Below, one piece after another: positions 58,267 through 64,000 of a stretch of 64,000 nucleotides of DNA. Under the pieces are notes generated by a model, which worked only from the letters and a program-made list of their open reading frames with translations, did not search any database and was not told where the DNA came from. Made by a program: the position numbers and the translations under genes. Where the stretch lies: NCBI GenBank assembly GCA_963712665.1, contig CAVQIV010000021.1:161922-225921 (forward strand), given 5' to 3'. This stretch comes from Thermoanaerobaculaceae bacterium. GTDB taxonomy: Bacteria; Acidobacteriota; Thermoanaerobaculia; Multivoradales; UBA5704. Numbering within the stretch: the first letter of the stretch is position 1; each line of letters opens with the position of its first letter.

Positions 58267-59227
58267 TCAGCCCGCGAAGAAATTGAGGCTGAAATCTCCC
58301 AGCAGGTGGGTATTGCGCTCCGTGCAGTAGACCTCGACAACCTTAGACGTAGGCGTAGAGGCGCACGCGCCATATCGGAAATGAGGCTTGAGCTTCCCCA
58401 CGTTGCCGCCATGGGTGTACATGTGTCTCGGGCCTGCGACGAGCTGTGCCTTCTGGTTGTGCATATCGATCCGATACAGGTCCATGAAGTCGGCGAAGGA
58501 TGTGGACTCGGGCTCTGAGCGGAAGCCCATGATGTAAAAATTGAGATCTGTGTCCACCAGCCCGGTCATATCGTCGTAGCCGTAATCGATCGTGCTCCGG
58601 AAGCGATAGTTGAAGGCGAAGCCGGGAGCCTTGGGATCGGGGCCGTTGCTCTCATAGAGGTCGAACGCTCTCTGTTCACCGGTTGGGTAATTCGACGTGT
58701 AGAGTGCCAGAAAATATTCGATCACGAGGAATCCCTATGGCAGCACAGCTCGCGCCGCCGAAGACCGATCCGCTACCAGGCGTACGGTTGATGGTGAACG
58801 GCAGTAGCACCGGAGTCGTGTGGCCTCTGGCCAAGGAGTAGAACTGGATGATCGATTGGGGGCGTCCGTGCTGATCCGGCTCAACTGGGACGACGAGCAG
58901 ATCATTGGAGGCATCCAGGCCGCCTGGATGCCTGAAGCCGTTGCAGACCACGTCATGCTTACTCAGCTTGTTTCCGGCAAAGACGAACAACCAGCCGTCC
59001 GTCGTTACTCCATTGTGACTGAAGACCCAGGTCGGGTCACCTATGGAGTCATGCATTCGAGTCGCACCTTGGATGTGGCTCTCCTGATCGGTGAGCGGAA
59101 TGTTGTAGTGCATCGGCAGGTTCAGGAGTTTTCCTTGATCTTTGACGTTATTGAACAGGTTGATGATGTTGACCGTTTCTTCGCTCATGAGATCTCCAGA
59201 GTATCTGGTGCGCGGCTTCAATTTCAT
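58267..59227 (-). CDS. Hypothetical protein (~320 aa) of lower G+C; an apparent frame change near 58700-58725 (or two overlapping ORFs)
   Basis: The upstream part is MKLKPRTRYSGDLMSEETVNIINLFNN...GGASCAAIGIPR. The downstream part is VIEYFLALYTSNYPTGEQRAF...LGDFSLNFFAG*. The first ATG overlaps the HupE stop (ATGA). I recognise no family. Confidence 0.5.
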
Positions 59228-60222
59228 AAGCTCGCCAACCGCTCGAACATCCAGAAAGCCGCAAGGGTGCCGATGAGGTAGGTCGGGACCGCGGCGCTCC
59301 AGGCGGGAAGCCGGCGCAGGAGCGGGCTCAAGACGAGGCCGAGGACGAGGACGGCGAGGACGAAGCCGATCTGGCCCAGCTCGATCCCGACGTTGAACGA
59401 CAGAAGTGCGAGCGGGATCTCCCGGACCGGCAGCCCCACCTGAGCGAGCGCGCCCGCGAAGCCCAGTCCGTGAAGCAGGCCGAAGCCCGCCGCCATGAGC
59501 CACGGCCGGCGGCCGAGCGCCGTGGGGCGCTCCCGCGCCAGCTCCACGGCCAGGATGAGGATGCTGAGCGCGATGGCGGCCTCGATCGGCGCCGGCGGCA
59601 GGCGGACGAATCCCAGCGCCGCGAGCGAAAGGGTTACGCTGTGCCCGAGGGTGAAGGCCGTGATCGTGCCCAACAGCCGGCGCCGGCCCCCGACCAGCAG
59701 GACGAGGCCGAGCACGAAGGCCAGGTGGTCCGGGCCGGTCAGCAGGTGCTCGATCCCCAGGGTGAGATAGCCGGCCGCCACACCGGCCGGGCTCTGCGCC
59801 GCCGGCAGGATGAAGGACGGCGCATTGGGACGGAGCACGGTCCGCAGGCTCCGGCCATCCGCCAGGATGACGCGGAGGAGGACATCCGAGCCGGCGTCCG
59901 CGAGCCCGCTCACCGCGATGCTCGCACCCGTCAGGCCGGCACGGCCGCAGTCGACCGTCCAGCGCGTTACCAGGGCGTCTCCTTCGGGAATCTCGACCGG
60001 CGGCGCGACCGTGCGGCAGGAGGAGGGCAGAACGGGCTCCGGGTGGGCTCCGACCGGCATGAGCTGCGGCGTCCTCCAGAGCACCGCGATGCGGCCCGGA
60101 GCCTTCTCCCGCAGGTCCAAAAGCGACGGGGCGAGCGGGTGGGCCGCCGCCGGGCCGGCCCCCAGCAGGAACAGGAGAGCGCCGAGAGCGGCACGGCGAA
60201 GCCGGGAGACTTGGGACCTCAT
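59224..60222 (-). CDS. HupE/UreJ-family membrane protein (putative Ni/Co transporter family)
   Basis: Signal peptide, an N-terminal soluble part, then 'GIEHLLTGPDHLAFVLGLVLL' and 'FTLGHSVTLSLAALG...GLLHGLGFAG' (HupE_UreJ_2-like). Confidence 0.8.
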   Translation of the reverse strand: MRSQVSRLRRAALGALLFLLGAGPAAAHPLAPSLLDLREKAPGRIAVLWRTPQLMPVGAHPEPVLPSSCRTVAPPVEIPEGDALVTRWTVDCGRAGLTGASIAVSGLADAGSDVLLRVILADGRSLRTVLRPNAPSFILPAAQSPAGVAAGYLTLGIEHLLTGPDHLAFVLGLVLLVGGRRRLLGTITAFTLGHSVTLSLAALGFVRLPPAPIEAAIALSILILAVELARERPTALGRRPWLMAAGFGLLHGLGFAGALAQVGLPVREIPLALLSFNVGIELGQIGFVLAVLVLGLVLSPLLRRLPAWSAAVPTYLIGTLAAFWMFERLASL

Positions 60223-61274
60223 CGGGAGGCCTCCCGTCGGAGCGCTACGGACGCCGCGGACACCGTCGGCAGCTCGACTCGCACCGTATAGCGCCGCCGC
60301 ACGTCGCGCAGGTAGGCTGCGAGCCTCGCCTCCTGCCGCTCATGGGTGAGCTCGAGGGTCAGCCGGCTGCGGACGTCGGCGAGTTGCGGCGGCTCGCCCG
60401 GCAGGCTCTCGTGAACCCAGACGAGATGCAGGCCGTAGGCCGAGCGCACCGGCCCGGACCAGACCCCCGCCGGGAGGCGCATCACCGCCGCCGCGAAATC
60501 GGGCCCGTAGATCTTCGCCAATTCTCCACGCGCGGCGAGCGCAGGGTGGTGGCCGGGGAGGAAAGGATCTCCGAGCTCCGGGGCCATCTCCGGAGAGACG
60601 TGGCCGGCGCGCAGCCGCGCCAGGAGCCGGCGGGCGTCCCTCTCCAGCGTCTCCCCCCGCCGGTCCGCGTCCAGGAAGACGTGGCTGAGGCGCACGAACG
60701 CAGGCAGCGAGAACCGCTCCGGGTTCCGGCGCAGATAGTCCTCCAGCTCAGCGTCGGTGAACACGTCGGGCTGGTTCCCCGCCTGGGCCAGCAGCCGCAT
60801 CTGCTCGACGAGGAATCGCCGCACCACCGGATCGGTACGGTCGAAGCCGATCTCCACCGCCTGCGCATAGAGGTCGCGGCCGCCGCCGCTCTCGTCGATC
60901 CGCAGGAAGCGCATGTTCTGGATCAGCCTCTGGCGCACCGGGTCTGCGCGGTCGAGCCCCCGCGCCAGCGCCTCGCGGTAGAGCATCTCCTCGTCCGCCA
61001 GCCCCGCAATCAGGGGGGCCTCCTCGGCGGTCGAGGGGAGTCTCCTCCGGCTCCTCTTCCAGGCCTCCCGCAGGCGTTCGACCTGCAGGGCCGAGATGGT
61101 TACAAGCCGGGGGTCGGCCGCCGGTGTCGCAAGCTCAGCCGGAGGGCCGGACGGGGTGGCGGCAGCGGCCGGACGGGGGGCCGGCGGCGGGGGGCCCAGG
61201 CCGGCCCGCAAGAGGTAGAGGATCCCGCCCAGCACCAGGAAGTGCAGGGAGGGGCTCCGGGCAAGGCCGCGCAT
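60219..61274 (-). CDS. PpiC/parvulin-type peptidyl-prolyl isomerase (SurA/PrsA-like)
   Basis: 'VRLSHVFL...' and 'GVWSGPVRSAYGLHLVWVHE' (rotamase core). An N-terminal TM anchor is present. Its stop overlaps the HupE start (ATGA). Confidence 0.8.
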   Translation of the reverse strand: MRGLARSPSLHFLVLGGILYLLRAGLGPPPPAPRPAAAATPSGPPAELATPAADPRLVTISALQVERLREAWKRSRRRLPSTAEEAPLIAGLADEEMLYREALARGLDRADPVRQRLIQNMRFLRIDESGGGRDLYAQAVEIGFDRTDPVVRRFLVEQMRLLAQAGNQPDVFTDAELEDYLRRNPERFSLPAFVRLSHVFLDADRRGETLERDARRLLARLRAGHVSPEMAPELGDPFLPGHHPALAARGELAKIYGPDFAAAVMRLPAGVWSGPVRSAYGLHLVWVHESLPGEPPQLADVRSRLTLELTHERQEARLAAYLRDVRRRYTVRVELPTVSAASVALRREASR

Positions 61275-63326
61275 CTACTCCCGGCCGCCCTGCGGCCGGT
61301 ACCAGACCGGAGAGGTCCAGGCCCGTTGCTGCGTCACGCGCGGGATCTCGGTCGGCTCGACGACCGGGCCCGGAACCATGGTGCAGCAGGGTTTGAACAG
61401 GTCGCGTGGCGACACGGGGTTGGAGTTCGCCGGGGTCGCCCGCGGCTTCTCTTTCGAGTACTTCGTGAGCTGCTGCATGCACTTTCCGCGGTCGAAGGGG
61501 TCGAGGCCGATCTGCTTGCAGGTGTAGGTGCTCCAGCGGCAGGTCGGGTTCTCGAGCACCCGGGCGTAGTAGAAGGCCGGCTGGGCGGGATTCCACTCCG
61601 GGTCCTCCCAGACGTTGCAGAGCGAGTTGTGGCCGGGGCCCACGGGAGCGCAGGTCACCGGGTCCACCGTGGCGGCGGGATCGGCGCCCCCCACCACGGT
61701 GACCACCTTCTCGTGCGTCGCTCCCTGAGCGTCGAGCCAGCCCTTGACGATCTCGATGCGCTGCAGCTTCGCCGCCGCGTGGTGGACGGTGCAGACGTTG
61801 GGAAAGGCGTCGCTGTCGCCTTCGCTGCCCGGGTCCTTCATGGCCATCACCGCGAAACGCGGGCTGCCGGTGGCGCCGGCAGGGCGCGGCTTCAGGTCCG
61901 CGCCCATGGGGACGCCCCGGTCATAGCCCACCCGGGCGAAATCGGTCTTGCCGCAGAGGTCCCGCGGCAGGTCCCAGCCGGCGAAGAAGCGGACGATGGG
62001 ACGCGTGCCGCTGGTAGCATAAGTCTCGCGCCGCCGCATGGCCTCGAAAATGGCGTCGCGCGAGTTTTCCTCGGCCCACACCACCGCCAGGGCTCCGGGG
62101 TTGAAGAGGATCTGGTTGAGGAGGCCTTCGGGACCGGCGCTCGTCGTAGCATGAAGGCCCACGAAATTCACCTCGTCGGTGCCGCCCGGAGTGGCGTTGT
62201 GGCTGTCGGTGCCGCCCACGAAGCCGAGCTTGAACGGGTTGGCTCCGACCTTGGCCTCATGCACGAGTCCTTCCTTCAGCACGTTGCGCAGGAAGGAGTT
62301 GGGCTTGAACCTGCGGTCGGTGTCCGAGGTGCCGGTGAAAAAGCCGAGGTCTTGAACCTTGAGCTGCTCGAAGCCGCACTCGGGATCGACGACGCTGGCG
62401 GGGACGCCGGTCCGGCATTCGGAGCTCCCTTTGCCCTGATGGATCTCGGACAGGGGCTCCCAGAACGAGCGCAGGCGCGCGTAGGCGGCAGTGTTCTCCT
62501 TCTCCGGGACCACGTAGAGCCTGCCTTTGCTCAGGTTGCCGTTGTGCGGGATGGTGAGCACGTCGCAGCCATTGCCGGCGTCGAGGCACTCCTTCTGCAG
62601 CCGCGTCCAGAGGACCTGCGCGTCGTTGCCGGTGTCGAAGTTGCTGATCGGCAGCTTCGGGACCTTGGCGTTGCGGAAGATGACATTGCGATGCAGGTTG
62701 GCGCTATCCGGGTTCGCGGTCCACTCGTAACCGACGAAAGAGGTGAAGCGGCAGGCAGGGCTGCGGTCGTAGGCCTCCTCGGCGGCGTCCTGGATGTCCT
62801 GCCAGAGGCTCAGCGACTGGGCGTGGCAGTTGCCGTTGTCCGGGCCGCAGAAGGCGGGCGGCGTCGGGGGCTCGGCGACGGCACCCTTGCCCCACAACTG
62901 GCCCACCGCGGCCGTAGACTTGCGGTAGAGCTGGCACTGCGGCGAGTCGTATCCCGGCGCCCCTCGGGTCGTGCAGATGTGGATCTCGCCGAAGAACTCC
63001 GCGTGGTCGGTGATGACGGCGAAGTCCACCGGCCGGGGCTGCTGCGCGCAGATCGTCGGGTTGCCGGCCGCGTCCACGACGTAGACCGCGTCCCCCTGGG
63101 CGTAGCGGTAGGCGTCGCGGGGACGGTCGACCGTGCCGATGGAGATGGCATCGAAGGAGTAGGCGGTGTGCGAGTGGGTCTCGCCGAACAGGGGCTTGCG
63201 CAGCGGATCGTAGTCCCGGCACGTCGCGCGCTGCTCGGTCCTCTTCAGCGAGGAGGATGGACTCTGTGCCGCTGCCAGCAGGGGGAGGAAGAAAAGGACC
63301 AGGATGCAGCGAGCTGTGGTCTTCAC
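61275..63326 (-). CDS. DUF3604-domain protein (PHP-like metallo-dependent fold), secreted
   Basis: Signal peptide MKTTARCILVLFFLPLLAAAQ. Contains 'FGETHSHTAYSFDA', 'FVGYEWT' and 'GGTDSHN'. It directly abuts the PPIase start. Confidence 0.85.
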   Translation of the reverse strand: MKTTARCILVLFFLPLLAAAQSPSSSLKRTEQRATCRDYDPLRKPLFGETHSHTAYSFDAISIGTVDRPRDAYRYAQGDAVYVVDAAGNPTICAQQPRPVDFAVITDHAEFFGEIHICTTRGAPGYDSPQCQLYRKSTAAVGQLWGKGAVAEPPTPPAFCGPDNGNCHAQSLSLWQDIQDAAEEAYDRSPACRFTSFVGYEWTANPDSANLHRNVIFRNAKVPKLPISNFDTGNDAQVLWTRLQKECLDAGNGCDVLTIPHNGNLSKGRLYVVPEKENTAAYARLRSFWEPLSEIHQGKGSSECRTGVPASVVDPECGFEQLKVQDLGFFTGTSDTDRRFKPNSFLRNVLKEGLVHEAKVGANPFKLGFVGGTDSHNATPGGTDEVNFVGLHATTSAGPEGLLNQILFNPGALAVVWAEENSRDAIFEAMRRRETYATSGTRPIVRFFAGWDLPRDLCGKTDFARVGYDRGVPMGADLKPRPAGATGSPRFAVMAMKDPGSEGDSDAFPNVCTVHHAAAKLQRIEIVKGWLDAQGATHEKVVTVVGGADPAATVDPVTCAPVGPGHNSLCNVWEDPEWNPAQPAFYYARVLENPTCRWSTYTCKQIGLDPFDRGKCMQQLTKYSKEKPRATPANSNPVSPRDLFKPCCTMVPGPVVEPTEIPRVTQQRAWTSPVWYRPQGGRE

Positions 63327-63439
63327 GTCAGAGCTCCTTTCTTCTCAAGCGAGTCTTACCAGAGTCTGGACGCCGTGCCCGCAGCACGGATTCGCAGTCG
63401 ATGGAGGGAGGGAGCACACTACCAGCCGCGGAGTATAGC

Positions 63440-63985
63440 TCAAGCAAGTGCGAAGTGCGGCGGCTCAAGCCCCGCGAGCATCTGGGGCACGGAAAGCCCG
63501 ATTCCCGGCAACGAGTCCCAGCGCGGATCGCCCGGCTGGACGCGGACCATGTAGGCCCAGTGAGCCGTCCTCTCCTGGTTCCCGGACGACATCTGCATCT
63601 CCAGGCTCCAATCGTCCCGATGCGGGACGGCGCGTCCAATGCCGATCGTGGCGGATTGCGAGGACGACGCCATGCCGGGGATGAAGGTCAGATGAACCCG
63701 GCCCTCGGGAGTGATGCTGCCGAGCATGACGAAGCCGACCGGTCGTGAGCCCCGGCCATGTTGCGGCGTCTCCTCTCCCGCATCCCGGATCAGCGTCGCC
63801 GAGACGCCCCAGAAATAGCCGTCCCGGTACCCGGTGATATTCCAGACCGTCTGGTCGACGACCCAGGAGAGAGTGCTGTCAGCGGGGTCGAGCCGCAGAG
63901 CTGGCAGGTTTTCTGGAGGCACGCACCAATACGTGCCCTCCAGCCACCTCCAATCGGACTGATCAACATGGGTCTGCTCTGTCAT
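63440..63985 (-). CDS. Hypothetical protein (181 aa)
   Basis: Clean ORF with host-like codon usage, MTEQTHVDQSDWRWLEGTYWCVPPENL... I recognise no family. Confidence 0.5.
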   Translation of the reverse strand: MTEQTHVDQSDWRWLEGTYWCVPPENLPALRLDPADSTLSWVVDQTVWNITGYRDGYFWGVSATLIRDAGEETPQHGRGSRPVGFVMLGSITPEGRVHLTFIPGMASSSQSATIGIGRAVPHRDDWSLEMQMSSGNQERTAHWAYMVRVQPGDPRWDSLPGIGLSVPQMLAGLEPPHFALA

Positions 63986-64000
63986 GGGTTTCTCCTTGAG

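Noticed and set aside
60342-63554. 1070-aa plus-strand ORF, and similar long ORFs at 6469-8481(-), 15950-17912(-) and 42269-44182(+)
   Set aside because: All are antisense to genes with recognisable domains: PPIase/DUF3604, GGCT/DHH, ELWxxDGT repeats and MalF. They have no motifs of their own.

Overview
64-kb window from a very GC-rich genome. My hand counts on sample 60-nt lines give about 70-77% G+C in the backbone. The organism is diderm: it has an outer-membrane beta-barrel ending in Phe, an IPTL-CTERM protein and an ELWxxDGT-repeat protein. This looks Acidobacteriota/Myxococcota-like, but I cannot assign it.

Most of the window is chromosomal backbone:
- a glycosyltransferase cluster (0-6.5 kb);
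- VOC, GGCT-like, DHH and M48 enzymes;
- a large multicopper-oxidase-like gene with cytochrome c, FGE/NirV-like and ELWxxDGT neighbours;
- an ABC-2 exporter with a DesK/NarL-type two-component system;
- a 1674-aa S8 peptidase;
- an SPFH/RHH pair;
- a nuclease-helicase and a Uma2 nuclease;
- a ~15-kb starch/maltodextrin locus (33.5-48.2 kb) with two GH13 enzymes, a MalEFGK-type transporter, an OM barrel and two Glucodextran_C-like proteins;
- tandem gap genes and pfk;
- a tightly coupled DUF3604-PPIase-HupE operon.

The stand-out accessory element is a visibly low-GC islet at ~53.65-56.92 kb. It holds two genes: a Dam-family m6A methyltransferase and a 767-aa protein combining a DGQHR (DndB-like) motif with a C-terminal HEPN-like Rx4H motif. 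Toxin-antitoxin loci flank it, and one of them is truncated exactly at the islet edge. I read this as a candidate modification-linked defence module that I cannot match to a named system.

Other unexplained structure:
- three intergenic arrays of strictly phased 20-21-nt degenerate palindromic repeats (4.64, 30.0 and 57.4 kb);
- a 15-nt repeat block in front of a GT4 gene;
- two copies of a ~165-180-bp long-palindrome element;
- three copies of a GCCGGCG-TCC(C)-CGCCGGC hairpin;
- a head-to-head junction of two 5'-truncated genes at ~10.68 kb.

Many otherwise good genes carry 1-nt frame changes, mostly in G/C homopolymers: GT4, cytochrome c, helicase, MalK (four), gap (a compensating pair), UPF0175 and a hypothetical gene. 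I treat most of these as probable assembly indels rather than proven pseudogenes.

I recognised no rRNA, tRNA, CRISPR array, integrase or transposase. Most of the very long ORFs in the track are antisense shadows typical of high-GC DNA.
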